Assembly (NCBI GenBank): GCA_964016885.1
Contig: OZ024740.1
Span: forward strand, 238,018,001 to 238,082,000
DNA: 64,000 nucleotides
Reading direction: 5' to 3'
Origin: Eledone cirrhosa
Lineage: Eukaryota
Part shown: piece by piece, positions 11,362-24,265 of the stretch
How the letters are laid out: every line of letters starts with the position of its first letter
Numbering within the stretch: the first letter of the stretch is position 1
The notes under the pieces: model-generated
Told to the model about the DNA's origin: nothing
What the model saw: only the letters and a program-made list of their open reading frames with translations
The model's database searches: none
Program-made: the position numbers and the translations under genes

Positions 11362-13169
11362 ACTAGAAATTGATTAACATATAAATATACATGAATAATC
11401 ACAGGAGATAATTTTTACACCCGTGTAACCACGCATAGCTAGTTTGGGTAATAATTAAATTTATACCTTTAAGTATGATTAACCTTCATTGTATATATCC
11501 CATTAAAGAAATATATTTCACCAATTAATCAGATGGTAAGTCACGGAAAGTGGATATTATTGGATTGTCAACAAGGAAGAATAATAATGTCCAGCTATCC
11601 ATCCTTACACAACGAGTTTAAATCCTCATCTGGCCGCTACCACGTGTTGCGTCTACACATGTGAAACGAAACTGCTGTCATGTGTAGACGCAACACGTGG
11701 TAGCGACCAGATGAGGATTTAAACTCGTTGTGTAAGGATGGATAGCTGGACATTATTATTCTTCCTTGTTGACAATCCAATAATATCCACTTTCCGTGAC
11801 TTACCATCTGATTAATTGGTGAAATATATTTCTTTAATGGGATATATACAAGGAAGGTTAATCATACTTAAAGGTATAAATTTAATTATTACCCAAACTA
11901 GCTATGCGTGGTTACACGCGTGTAAAAATTATCTCCTGTGATTATTCATGTATATTTATATGTTAATCAATTTCTAGTTATTATAAAATGCTCGGATTTA
12001 TCTTTGAGCTTATTTCCAGGTGATATGGCGCATGCCATTATGACATGACACCCGCAATTTCGATTTAGATTAAATTCATTTAATTTATCTTAATTTTGGA
12101 TATAGATATATATATACGGCTCCTTAATTGTAGAGCTATTTCTGTTGAAGAGAATTTGACTGCTATTTCTAGTTGTCGAATACCTATTCACACCACTGAA
12201 ACGAAACTGCTGTCATGTGTAGACGCAACACGTGGTAGCGGCCAGATGAGGATTTAAACTCGTTGTGTAAGGATGGATAGCTGGACATTATTATTCTTCC
12301 TTGTTGACAATCCAATAATATCCACTTTCCGTGACTTACCATCTGATTAATTGGTGAAATATATTTCTTTAATGGGATATATACAATGAAGGTTAATCAT
12401 ACTTAAAGGTATAAATTTAATTATTACCCAAACTAGCTATGCGTGGTTACACGCGTGTAAAAATTATCTCCTGTGATTATTCATGTATATTTATATGTTA
12501 ATCAATTTCTAGTTATTATAAAATGCTCGGATTTATCTTTGAGCTTCTTTCCAGGTGATATGGCGCATGCCATTATGACATGACACCCACAATTTCGATT
12601 TAGATTAAATTCATTTAATTTATCTTAATTTTGGATATAGATATATATATACGGCTCCTTAATTGTAGAGCTATTTCTGTTGAAGAGAATTTGACTGCTA
12701 TTTCTAGTTGTCGAATACCTATTCACGCCACTGAAACGAAACTGCTGTCATGTGTAGACGCAACACGTGGTAGCGGCCAGATGAGGATTTAAACTCGTTG
12801 TGTAAGGATGGATAGCTGGACATTATTATTCTTCCTTGTTGACAATCCAATAATATCCACTTTCCGTGACTTACCATCTGATTAATTGGTGAAATATATT
12901 TCTTTAATGGGATATATACAATGAAGGTTAATCATACTTAAAGGTATAAATTTAATTATTACCCAAACTAGCTATGCGTGGTTACACGCGTGTAAAAATT
13001 ATCTCCTGTGATTATTCATGTATATTTATATGTTAATCAATTTCTAGTTATTATAAAATGCTCTGGATTTATCTTTGAGCTTATTTCCAGGTGATATGGC
13101 GCATGCCATTATGACATGACACCCACAATTTCGATTTAGATTAAATTCATTTAATTTATCTTAATTTTG

Positions 13170-13170
<1 letters not shown>
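11358..13170 (+). repeat. 535-bp HHR-containing tandem repeat (~2.8 copies) preceded by an inverted partial copy
   Basis: tgaaacgaaactgctgtcatg at 11662, 12197, 12732; 11358-11660 is inverted; flanked by (TA)n. Confidence 0.92.
11761..11856 (+). ncRNA. Type I hammerhead, U3-A8 variant (also from 12296, 12831 and 11484-11580 on minus)
   Basis: cttccttg-TTGACAA-tccaat...attggt-GAAA-tatatttc-tttaat-gggatata-TA-caaggaag; 8-bp stem I, 9-bp stem III, AUA triplet. Confidence 0.88.
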
Positions 13171-13228
<58 letters not shown>

Positions 13229-16108
13229 TTATTAAACTAACAGATTAAAGTTTAAGCAAAGAATTGCTGCTTTCACCCTTAAGGGGATCTTCTGAAACTA
13301 AAATTCGTTCTATTAAGGATTCTAATGCGGTGCACGTCCATTCCGACAAAACTGGCAACCTATATCAAGTGGAGCACAGTACTTACCAGCAACTACTACA
13401 TAATGCTGTAACTAAGGATTACCGTAAAACTAATCGGTGCGTCATCAATGAAATCAACGATGCTGGGTTTAAAATCACCTCTGATCTCAACATCCTGGAC
13501 CGGAACGAACCTCTGGACCCTATTTCTCCCCACTTTTCCCTGAAAGATCACAAATCCAATTTTCCGAACAACCCCTCTATTCGGCTTATTAACCCTACGA
13601 AGTCCGATTTAGGTAGACTTAGTAAAAGGATTCTGGATAGAATTATACCTGAAATTAGAAGTTTGGCCCCTCTTGCACTGTGGAACAATTCTTTCGCGGT
13701 GATTGATTGGTTCAGCGGCATATGCAACAAGGAACATTGCCGTTTTATCCAATTCGACATCAACAATTACTACTCCTCTATCACTTTACCACTTCTCCTT
13801 AGAGCTATCAATTTCGCTAAAACACTCACAGTGGTTAAGGATTTCGAAGTTGATGTCATCCTCAATGCCCGTAAATCGGTGATTAATTTCGACGACTCTA
13901 TTTGGATTAAAAAATCCAATAGTACTCCATTCGACGTGAGTATGTGCGCCAGCGATTCTGCGGAGGTTACTGATCTTATCGGCCTTTTCCTTCTTTTCTC
14001 TATCAAGGACGAATTCCCCAACGCGGGCGGTGGTTTGTACCGTGATGATGGTCTTTTGACCATGACTAAGTGCGGACCTCGTGCTTGCGACAGGTTCAGA
14101 AAAGGACTCACAGCCTTCTTTAAAGGCTTCAACTTCTCTATACAGGTTGAGGCCAATCTCTCGGTCGTTAATTACCTCGACGTTACCCTCAATTTATCGA
14201 ATGGGTTGTATTACCCGTATAGAAAGCCGAATGATACGCTTAATTACATAAGTAAGCATTCCAACCATCCTGCCTGCATAACCAAGAACCTGGTAAGAAA
14301 CGTTTCGTTGAGGCTTTCCCGTCTATCTACTAACGAGCATATTTTCAACGACCATTCCACTTATTACAATGAAGCTCTTGCTCGGAGTGGATTTGTCGAT
14401 AAGGTAGCATATACAGAGTACGAAAATAGACCTAGAAGAAATAGATCCCGTCGCATTTGTTGGTATAACCCACCATATACTATGGAGGTGGCCACACCAT
14501 TAGCTAAGATCTTTCTTTCCCTTATTACGAAGCATTTTCCCCCTACACATAAATATAGTAAAATTTTTAATAGAAATACTATTAAAATTTCTTACTCTAC
14601 GACTCCTACCATTGCACATAACATCACAGCTTCAAATTTAGCTAAACTACCTAGCCGTAGGAACACGTGCAACCCTGTAGTTAGTACTAACTGTAATTGT
14701 AGGAATCGGGTTGATTGTCCCTATACGGGAAATGCCTCTCTAGTAACATTGTCTACAAATGTAAGGTTGAAACACCCACGTCCCGTAGGGCCTACATTGG
14801 GTTAACCGCCAATAGATTCAAGCAGCGTCTTTACATGCATAGCCATTCTTTTCGTTACCCTCTAAGAAGGAATATGACGTCACTTTCAGCTTATATCTGG
14901 AGTCTGAAAGACAACCACACCCAATTTAAGTTACACTGGGAGATCCTAGCTAGGGCTAGATCGTATAACGGAAATAAAAGACCATATGACCTCTGCGCCG
15001 CTGAGGCTCTGGAAATACTCTACGCCACAGACCACATCTTAAACAAAAAATCTGAGGCAATTTCGGCTTGTAAACATAAATTGCACAAAACTTTCCTGTA
15101 TTACAGCCCCACATTATACCCTAACGTATAGTACGATCTATACGTGGTTATTTTACGTCTTGATGTGGTAGCTAAGTATACGTTTTGTTTATACCATTAC
15201 TTATTTGCATAGTTAAGTATATATTACCTGTATGTTTTGTGTAGGTACGTATACTTTCTCATACGTATATTTGATTGATTATGTTATGGCGTATACATTT
15301 TTTATATATTCTGGTACATATGGTTTGGTTATGTGTATACGGGAGTTTTGCGTCTGCGTGAGTATGCAGGTTCGTACGTATGTTGGGTGTGTGTATATGT
15401 GTACTTCATGTTTTGGTTGACTTACGTCTCCGAACATTTATGTATTTACATGTAGGTATGTGTTTGCGCTTGTTATATACGTATTTATTTATTTATATAC
15501 GTTTATACACATATTTATATGTGCGTGGTTTTGTATACCTATGGCAAGTGTTTTGCGTATGCTTGTGTATGTACGTATTTGCATGCGTGTATGCATTTAT
15601 TTAATTTCAATTACCTCTGTATTGTATTTATTTACTTTATTCTTAACTCTGAAGCGGAGATTCATTCGGATTCTTAGTTAGAATTTAGTCTACGACTTCA
15701 GCTATACCATTTATGTGGTTTTGTCTTTGCGTGCAATTGTTCTCCACGCTCCACATATGACGTATTATCTTCGTTTTTTCCGTTCATTGCCAGAGAACGT
15801 CTCTATGAACCACCTAAGAGAACATTAGTCTACGACTTCTTTTACACCATAAACGTGGTTCTGTCTTTGCGCGTAATTGTTTTTCACCGCTCCTATTAAT
15901 GACGTATTATATTCGTTTTTTCCCGTTCTTTGCCAGCGAACGTTCCCACGAACCAAAGTATCGTCTTCCTGTCTTCCTCCGGTTGCAACTTTTTTTTAAA
16001 TATCCACTTCTGTGTTTACAGATTGACTTTGTTAGTTTCAGAATATCCCGTTAAGGGTGAAAGCAGCGATTCTTTGCTTAAACTTTAATCTGTTATTTTA
16101 ATAAATAT
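13229..16108 (+). mobile_element. Penelope-like element, 5'-truncated, with short inverted pLTR at the 5' end
   Basis: RT motifs FDINNYYSSI and GLYRDDGL, WYNPP; GIY-YIG (IVY...AYIG) in frameshifted ORF 14715-15131; 13229-13303 is an inverted copy of the 3' pLTR end. Confidence 0.92.
13304..15131 (+). pseudogene. PLE RT + GIY-YIG ORF with one frameshift near 14720
   Basis: ORF track 13264-14805 and 14715-15131 overlap in different frames at the Cys linker. Confidence 0.88.
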
Positions 16109-16226
16109 AAGTTGAAATAGAATGAAAACGAAATTTCATTTCTCACTCTTAGTACGGCACTTACTTAAATGTAAGTATGTGTGTATACGTACATACATAT
16201 ATGTATACAGACGTACAGTAGCATGC

Positions 16227-16257
<31 letters not shown>

Positions 16258-16727
16258 TATACATACAGGTACACATACATATATGCACGTATCAGTTTAG
16301 CGAACGCTTATTATAACGCCGCTTTGTTCGTTTGTAAACAAACTGAACAGCCTGAATTTTTATGCCGTACGGTGTTAAGGCAACCACGTCACTTTTTTGT
16401 TCAACTTGTACATCGTTCCTGTGTCAGTGTTGAACAAAAAGGTGACGTGGTTGCCTTAACACCGTACGGCATAAAAATTCAGGCTGTTCAGTTTGTTTAC
16501 AAACGAACAAAGTGGCGTTATAATAAGCGTCCGCTAAACTGATACGTGCATATATGTATGTGTATATATGTATATATATATATATATATTGTTATACTTT
16601 GGGAGGGTCATGTTGCCAATAAGAAACACACGCACCAGTTGCTTTCACTTCAATTTATTATATATAACAATATCGGTTTCAACACACGATTTCAGATAAA
16701 GAATCTTGCTAAACAAATTCAGAAACG

Positions 16728-16790
<63 letters not shown>

Positions 16791-16850
16791 TGCTACTGTA
16801 CGTCTGTATACATATATGTATGTACGTATACACACATACTTACATTTAAT
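16107..16850. mobile_element. ~420-bp HHR family, fold-back insertion lacking the ribozyme core (copy C)
   Basis: Minus segment 16107-16405; plus segment starts near gtacatcgttcc at ~16408; unrelated fragment inserted at ~16590-16730. Confidence 0.75.
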
Positions 16851-17038
16851 AAATATATATATATATATAACTAACAAAAAATTATCGCTCTACATGGCTG
16901 AATACAATAAATGTAATCTGAGTTTTTCGAATATTAATAATAATTTTTGATTCGTTTGCAATTATGCAAACAAGCCTCTTTTAAGCCATGTCAGTAGCAT
17001 GAGCCCCTCATTCTTGTTCTTGTGTTGGCATGTAAACA

Positions 17039-17089
17039 GAACTGGAGACACTAATGTTTCTGGGTGATTACCCTTCATCAGTGCAGTTC
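17039..17089 (-). ncRNA. Stand-alone minimal type I hammerhead
   Basis: Minus strand: gaactgca-CTGATGA-agggt-aatc-accca-GAAA-cattagtg-TC-tccagttc. Confidence 0.8.
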
Positions 17090-17147
17090 ACTGTTCACCT
17101 GCCAACTGTCAGAGCTAGTGAAAATATATGATATTTTCTAAAATATA

Positions 17148-17431
17148 CAATGACTGATTGGCCTGATTTGCATATTAGCAGACTGGCGGATCAGTCAGAT
17201 CTGCATATTAGCAGACCCACTGACCAGATTTGCATATCAGCAGATACGCCAGTCAGTTTCATGTATACGAGCGATTAATGGCCTATCTGTTGGCCTATCT
17301 GCTGATATGCAAATCTGGCTGATCAGTGGATCTGCTAATATGCAGATCTGGCTGATCAGTGGATCTGTTAATATGCAGATATGACTGATCAGCCAGTCTG
17401 ATAATATGCAAATCAGGCCAATCAGTCACTG
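17148..17431. mobile_element. MITE-like palindromic element with ~30-bp subterminal repeats
   Basis: ca(a/g)tgactgattggcctgatttgcatatta at both ends in inverted orientation; repeated (t/c)tgcatat(t/c)agcaga units; no TSD seen. Confidence 0.6.
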
Positions 17432-17488
17432 CTGGGTGCATTAACTCTAACATAGCTTTGTATATCTGGCGACATATGGTATGTTTAT

Positions 17489-17678
17489 AAATAAACATAC
17501 CATATAAACATGTTTATAAATAAACATACCATATAAACATACCATATAAACATACCATATAAACATACCATATAAACATGTTTATAAATAAACATACCAT
17601 ATAAACATACCATATAAACATGTTTATAAATAAACATACCATATAAACATACCATATAAACATACCATATAAACATAC
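17489..17678 (+). repeat. 11-bp minisatellite (ataaacatacc/cat)
   Basis: Direct inspection; interspersed palindromic ataaacatgtttat. Confidence 0.85.
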
Positions 17679-17918
17679 CGTCATCCTTTCTGACTTTTGC
17701 TCGTTATCAAACTAATGCTCTCAACTGCTTACTGCTGGAACTTAATATAAGCTAAAACAAATAAAAGGCAGAGTTAACTAGGTGAGCTTATAAGTTGGGT
17801 GTATTAAGGCTATTGTTTCTAGCCTATCCACTCACACCACTTTTGACTTTTAGTGCACGAGGTGGAATGTTCATTCGTGTGGCTTTTAGCTTTAGGTATT
17901 TATCACATTTAATCTAAT

Positions 17919-18186
17919 TCTCTCGTTGATGATGCCCACGGATTATCTGTTTTGGCAGTATTGGTAGAGGGTCAGACATGCTTTCCAGCGTAGTTACGTC
18001 CCTTTACGATCTGATTTCAAATCCCGCCGAGGTTAACTTTGCCTTTCATCCTTACAGGGTCGATAAAATAAAGTACCAGTAATACACTGGGTGATTCCTG
18101 GCCTTGTGCCAAAAGTTGAAACAAATATCTGTTACAAACACAATTCTCAGAGCGAAACAGATTAAATCTCTAATCTGTCCGGGAGA
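17919..18186 (+). ncRNA. Hammerhead split by a SINE insertion in loop II
   Basis: tctctcg-TTGATGA (17926-17932)...GAAA (18154-18157)-cagatta-aatctc-taatctg-TC-cgggaga. Confidence 0.72.
17952..18125 (+). mobile_element. tRNA-derived SINE with Meta-like domain, 8-bp TSD
   Basis: Similar to 10006-10192; TSD tatctgtt at 17944-17951 and 18126-18133. Confidence 0.87.
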
Positions 18187-18557
18187 TCTAATAGTTATTG
18201 AGACGGTCTGTATATTTTCCATTTGCTTCAGGTTAAATTTGTCAAACCAACGCGGTATTTCAACCCTCGTAATTTTAGACACGATTTACTGTGTTTATTA
18301 CTACATATATTATTATAAGGTAAAACATATAGTTTAGAAGCCTATTTACATTGACTGATCAGCCAAATTTGCATATAGAGTAACGGCTGGCTTTGCCGGG
18401 AGATAAAATAAGGGCATTAATTCTGACATAGCTTTGTATATGAAATACATGAAGTTGTATATCTGGCAACATACGGAATGTTTCCATAGCTGAAGGCTTT
18501 CAAAATGTTTTATTTATAAACATACCATATGTTGCCAGATATACAACTTCATGTATT

Positions 18558-18656
<99 letters not shown>

Positions 18657-19025
18657 AATAAGGGCGCTGCGGAGTTGCAAATGGGTTACATATGAAAAAA
18701 GTTTGTCCTTCATCAGTGATCTTCCAACCATCATAGGCATTTCATCGCTTTAAAGACCATATACCTCCGGTTGGTGCGAGCAACGGCTAAAAAAAGTCGT
18801 TGGGACACGTAAATAAAGGGGACGCGAGGGTAAACAAACAAAATGGTGAAGCAACAGAAAGTGAAGAAGAAAGAGACAAGTCCCAGATTTCTATGAATTT
18901 AAATTCGGTGAAATCGTGAACGAGAGAATAAAGACCATCAAACCTGGTTGAAATGTGAGCAAGGAAGGAATTTCGCACAGGCCTAACGGGAGGAAGAAGG
19001 GGTCTGGTCTGCGAATTCGGTAAAC

Positions 19026-19099
<74 letters not shown>

Positions 19100-19166
19100 C
19101 CGCACATTTCGAAGATTGTTTTTCGTTATTTCGTGGGCTGGAGTTTCGATTCTCGATAATTTTATT

Positions 19167-19199
<33 letters not shown>

Positions 19200-19350
19200 A
19201 TATATTGGTTGCAATATTGTAAAACTTATTCACAGTTTTGCCTTTTGACTTGTTCAAGCAAAATTCTGTGTAAATTGTGCTAGCTGCATTTTAGCTGAAA
19301 TAAATAACTTGCTGCTTCAAATCGAAATCAGTTATTATCATTATATACAG

Positions 19351-19508
<158 letters not shown>

Positions 19509-19679
19509 ATAATTAAAAGATTCTGTAGAAATATATCAATTTCCTAAAACCATCGAGTAAGTGTTCTCTAATTATTTTCTTCAATGTTAGCTTCTTAGTT
19601 TCTCTTCTATCTTCTCTTTGTCAATCTATCCTCCTTTGCTTACAGCATATTCCTTCTCATCTACCAGTCTCTCTTTGTT

Positions 19680-20165
19680 GCTTTCCCCTCTCTCTCTCTC
19701 TCTCTCTCCCTCTTTCACTCACTTTCTTTCTCCCCCTCTCTCTTTCCCTCTCTCTCTCTCTCCCTCTTTCACTCTCTTTCTTTCACACACACACACCCCT
19801 CTCTCTCTCTCTCTTTCTCCCCCTCTCTCCCTTTCTCTCTCTCTCTCCCTCTATCACTCTCTTTCTTTCGCCCCTCTCTCTTTCCCTCTCTCTCTCCCTC
19901 TTTCACTCTCTTTCTTTCACCACCACCCCTCTCTCTCTATCTCTTGCTCTCTCACCCTCTCTCTCCCTCTTTCATTCTCTCTCTCTCTTTCTTACTCACT
20001 CTCTCTCTCTCTTTCTCTTCATTTCTTTCTTCTCTCTCATTCTCTGCCCCTCTCTCTTTCTTTCTGTGTTTCTCTCTTTTCTCTCATTCACTCTCTTACT
20101 CTACTTTTATCCCCTCTTCTCTTTACTGTTTCCTCTCTTTTCTGTTCTCTTTCCCTCCTTTTTTC
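19680..20165. repeat. CT-rich low-complexity tract
   Basis: Direct inspection. Confidence 0.9.
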
Positions 20166-20307
20166 TTGGTGTTAACTTGTGCCCCTCTCCTCTCCCCCAC
20201 CCCTCAGCCACTTATATCCTTATCATATATTTCACTCAAATCTCACATCCAAAACCCTTCCCTGCCATTAACTGTATCACCTACATTACCACAAACGTAA
20301 TAACAGC

Positions 20308-21258
20308 CACCACCACCACCACCACTACCACTACTACCACCACTACCACCATACTAACACCACCACCACCACCACCACTACCACCACCACTACCACCATC
20401 ACTAACACCACCACCACCAGCACCACTACCACCATCACTAACACCACCACCACCACTACCACCACTACTACCACCATCACTAACACCACCACTACCATCA
20501 CCACCACTACCACTACCACCATCACTAACACCACCACCACTACCACCACCACCACTACCACCATCACTAACACCACCACCACCACTACCACCACCACTAC
20601 CACCATCACTACCACTATCACTACCACCACTACTACCACCACCACTAACACCACCACTACCACCACCACCACCACCACTACCACCACCACCACCACCACC
20701 ACTACCACTAACACCACCACTACTACCATCACTAACACCACCACTACCACCACCACCACCACCACTACCACTACCACCACCACTACCACCATCACTAACA
20801 CCACCACCACCACCACCACTACCACTAACACCACCACTACCACCATCACTAACACCACCACCACCACCATCACTAACACCACCACCACCACTACCACTAC
20901 CACCACCACTACCACCATCACTAACACCACCACTACCACCACCACCACCACTACCACTACCACCACCACTAACACCATCACTAACACCACCACCACCACC
21001 ACTACCACCATCACTAACACCACCACCACCACCACCACTACCACCATCACTAACACCACCACCACCACTACCACCATCACTAACACCACCACTAACACCA
21101 CCACCACCACTACCACTACCACCATCACTAACACCACCACTAACACCACCACCACCACTACCACCACTAACACCACCACTAACACCACCACCACCACTAC
21201 CACCATCACTAACACCACCACTAACACCACCACCACCACCCTAACACCATCACTACCT
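20308..21258. repeat. (CCA/CTA/TCA/ACA)n compound trinucleotide array
   Basis: Recurrent ccaccatcactaacacca units. Confidence 0.95.
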
Positions 21259-21626
21259 TCCTTAATATAAATTAATTTCTCACATAAACATCATCATTAA
21301 CCAAGTTGTCTTTAATGAAACTGACTTCACAATGCAAATGGAACAACCTTGTTATATTCTTCCATCACTTCTACAACAGCATTTTCTTCCATTTTCTAGC
21401 AGAAAAGAATAACAGAATAAGGCTAAGGAAAGAAGCTTCTTATGTGTAGTTAATATAAGCATCATGTATTCCTCATTGTTGACACTCAAACATTTAAAAC
21501 AAACAATTTAATTTTCCAATAGAAACTTTCCCATTTAAAATTCTCTTCTAGGGATTTTTGGGGGGTTTGTTTTTGTTTGTTTTTGCTTTAAATGTTGCTT
21601 TGCTTTTATTCTTCGCTTGTTCTTGC

Positions 21627-21657
<31 letters not shown>

Positions 21658-22789
21658 TATTTGTTTTTTGATTTTATTTATTTATCTATTCTTGTTTTAT
21701 TATTTATTTGTTTTTGTTTTTGTTTATTTATTTATTTATTTGATTGCGTATTTGTTTGTTTTCTGGAATTTGGACGACATTATTTTTTATTTTTTTGTAA
21801 TTCATTTCCATTCCTGTGAATGTTCTTCCTTTAATTAAGATCTCTTAAAATGTGTGGCTTCATTTATTTGTAAGAACTCATTATATGTTTTCAAGATTGT
21901 TTGCAAATTGTTATGTTGTTTACCTCTGGGTCAATGATGGTCAAATCAATGGTATCCCTGTCTCAACCATCCTGTCTTTTATTAAAACAGTGTGTCTAAG
22001 ACTACGTTATAAAATGTGTGAAACTGAAAATAGTACAGAAACTGTATCTAGGCCTCAGGTGTATTCCTCATTATGAAGAGATTGGTTAACTGTAGCAATT
22101 CTAGAACTAATAAAATGTGAAGTTTGACTGTATCATCATATCTGGCAAATGCCTAAACATGGAAAATGGACATTAAACGATGATGATGATTATTATTATT
22201 CAGGCATATTTTTTTAATGACTGTCAGGTGTGATTCGTGGTTGGGAGTGAAGATTTAACTCCTGTTTCTATCAGGTCGTGTGACCATGTAGAGGTTTCTT
22301 TGCTGGTATCATTGCTTGCAGATATATATAGAAGAATTATTCTCCAAACCAAATCTATGGTTTCTGCTCTGTTTCCACTGGAATGATTTTCATGATTTTC
22401 ATTTATACAGTCAATAATTTTGAATGTGTTCAGAATATTAAAACTTCTCATCATATATACCCCACTCTCACCCCCAAAACACCCACTAACACACACACTA
22501 TTAACTTTAAAGTTTTATGTCAATTTAAGAATGTATTATTCTCATAAAGCAGGGTACGAAGTTTAGGGTTTCAATCCTTGTATTAAAGGCAGAGTGTAAG
22601 CAGTGTGATGCTATATAGTAGTAAAATAGAGATAGTATAAAATATATTGAATTTTGAAAGAAATATGGCAAGTATCACCTGCAAGATGTATAATGTTAAG
22701 CTACATGGTAGGGACATATGAATGTAAGTAGTAGATCTACAGTCATTAGAGCAAAAATGAGATGTGTATGATCAGTTAGATATGTAATT

Positions 22790-23050
22790 CGTTTTATGGT
22801 TTAACCTGGAGAAGGGGCTGTGAGTATGACCTTTGTAGGACCTTTGAAACCTGTGAGAGCAATGTTTTTTTGTTCAACATGATCTGTAAGTTGACATCTG
22901 GAGAGAAAAACATGAACTGATAAAGGAAGGAAAGATTGATGTTCTATGGAGCAAAGATTGTTGAAAAGGGGTTTGTGTGGGAAATAGGAATGACACACAA
23001 TAGGGTTGACAAGATGAGAAGAGAGTATGTGCTGGAGAGATATGAGTAAA
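22790..23050 (-). mobile_element. Possible old CR1/L2-like LINE 3' remnant
   Basis: Only general resemblance to CR1-type 3' ends; no intact protein motif. Confidence 0.25.
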
Positions 23051-23554
23051 AGTGATATGCTACTAGCTATTTCAAAAGAGCTGTGGGCGTTACTATAATG
23101 TTGGTATAGTCAGAAATAGTATACCTAGTATCTTTGGGACAGAGACTGAAGTATGTTAGTCAGTTTATGCTAATCAGTTTGATGGCCTTTAGATAGGCTT
23201 CTGGTGGACCAATAAACTTATGTTGTGTTAGAAGGATAACTTAGCCACTCCATAAAATGAGTACCAGATTGAAATAATTACTGAGAACAATATGACTGAC
23301 TGCTTCAAAAACCCTTGAAGTCAGAGCCACTGATGGACAAGTTTATTGGTCCATCAGAAGCCCATCTATATATATATATATCATTTCATTCATCATCATT
23401 TCATTTTACGTCCGCTTTTCCCTGCTTGCAAGGGTGGGACGGGAACTGATTCTGGCTTGATTCTACAGCTGGATGCCCTTCTTAACACCAACCCCATTTA
23501 CAGTGAGTGCTGGATGCTTTTTTGCCCTGGCACCTCCACGACCACTTTGCAGTC

Positions 23555-23725
23555 GAATGATAGGGACCCCAGTCTCTATCATCTCATTTCTACAGCTGAG
23601 TAAACTGGAGCAATGTGAAATAAAGTGCCTTGCTCAAGGAAACAGCACATCACCCGGGGTGAGAATTGAACTCACAATCTTTCGATTGCAAGGCCAATGC
23701 TCTAACTACTAAGCCATGTGCCTCC
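23555..23725 (-). mobile_element. tRNA-derived SINE with CORE-like domain
   Basis: Minus strand: tggcttagtagttagagc (A box), gagttcaattc (B box), gtttccttgagcaaggcactt (CORE-like). Confidence 0.7.
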
Positions 23726-23742
23726 ATATATGTATATATATA

Positions 23743-24265
23743 TCATCATCATCATCATTATTTAACGTCCACTTTCTCTGATAGCAAGGGTTGGACAGGA
23801 CTTTGCCGACTGAGCCAGTATTGAAGTAAGGTTACCGACCTCCCAGACATGGGGTTCACATCTCGCCTACATATGGTTCCATGTTCTACCAAATGAATTT
23901 TATTACGGCACCAGCACTGGAGAGGTTGTTGTGTCTTTGATGCAATTGGAGAGTCCTCACCATTCTTTGCTTGGAAAGCTTTCTGTCACTGGATTCCTTC
24001 CTGTCACCAACCACATTACAGCATGTACTGAGTGCATTTATCATGTAGATCACCAGCAATAGGGAGGTTGTCATGTCATTGACATGATTGAGGGCTCCTC
24101 TCAACCACTTTATAGCAGGTACTGGGTGTGTTTATGGTGTAGATCAGCAACACGAAAGAGGTAGGTTTTGTGCCATTGACACAAGTGAGGGGTCCTCTCA
24201 ACTCTTTTAGGCATGGTTTCTACAGTGGAGTGCCCTTCCTGTTGCCAATCACCTTACAGTGTGTA
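23743..24265 (-). mobile_element. Decayed RTE-related non-autonomous repeat (similar pieces at 23385-23550 and 29330-29615)
   Basis: (CAT)n-tttaacgtccactttc end and repeated gatgcccttcct-type motifs shared with RTE UTRs in this window. Confidence 0.55.

Noticed and set aside
3356-13170. CRISPR-like interpretation of the regular repeats
   Set aside because: Whole units repeat with no unique spacers; eukaryotic context and no cas genes.
13264-13303. N-terminus MLLSPLRGSSETK of the 513-aa ORF
   Set aside because: It is the inverted pLTR read into a truncated RT frame, not a real start.
15645-15835. Extra degenerate HHR-like motifs (ctgaagc...gaatttagtc)
   Set aside because: Several core mismatches; at most relics, so not listed as ribozymes.
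18690-18725. CTGATGA on the minus strand
   Set aside because: No downstream GAAA or stem III.
20066-21244. 392-aa Pro-rich ORF (and antisense poly-Val ORF)
   Set aside because: Translation of a trinucleotide array that lacks stops; no domain or splice evidence.
23190-23368. 30-bp inverted repeat with a ctgatgg hairpin
   Set aside because: No hammerhead core; too short and degenerate to classify.
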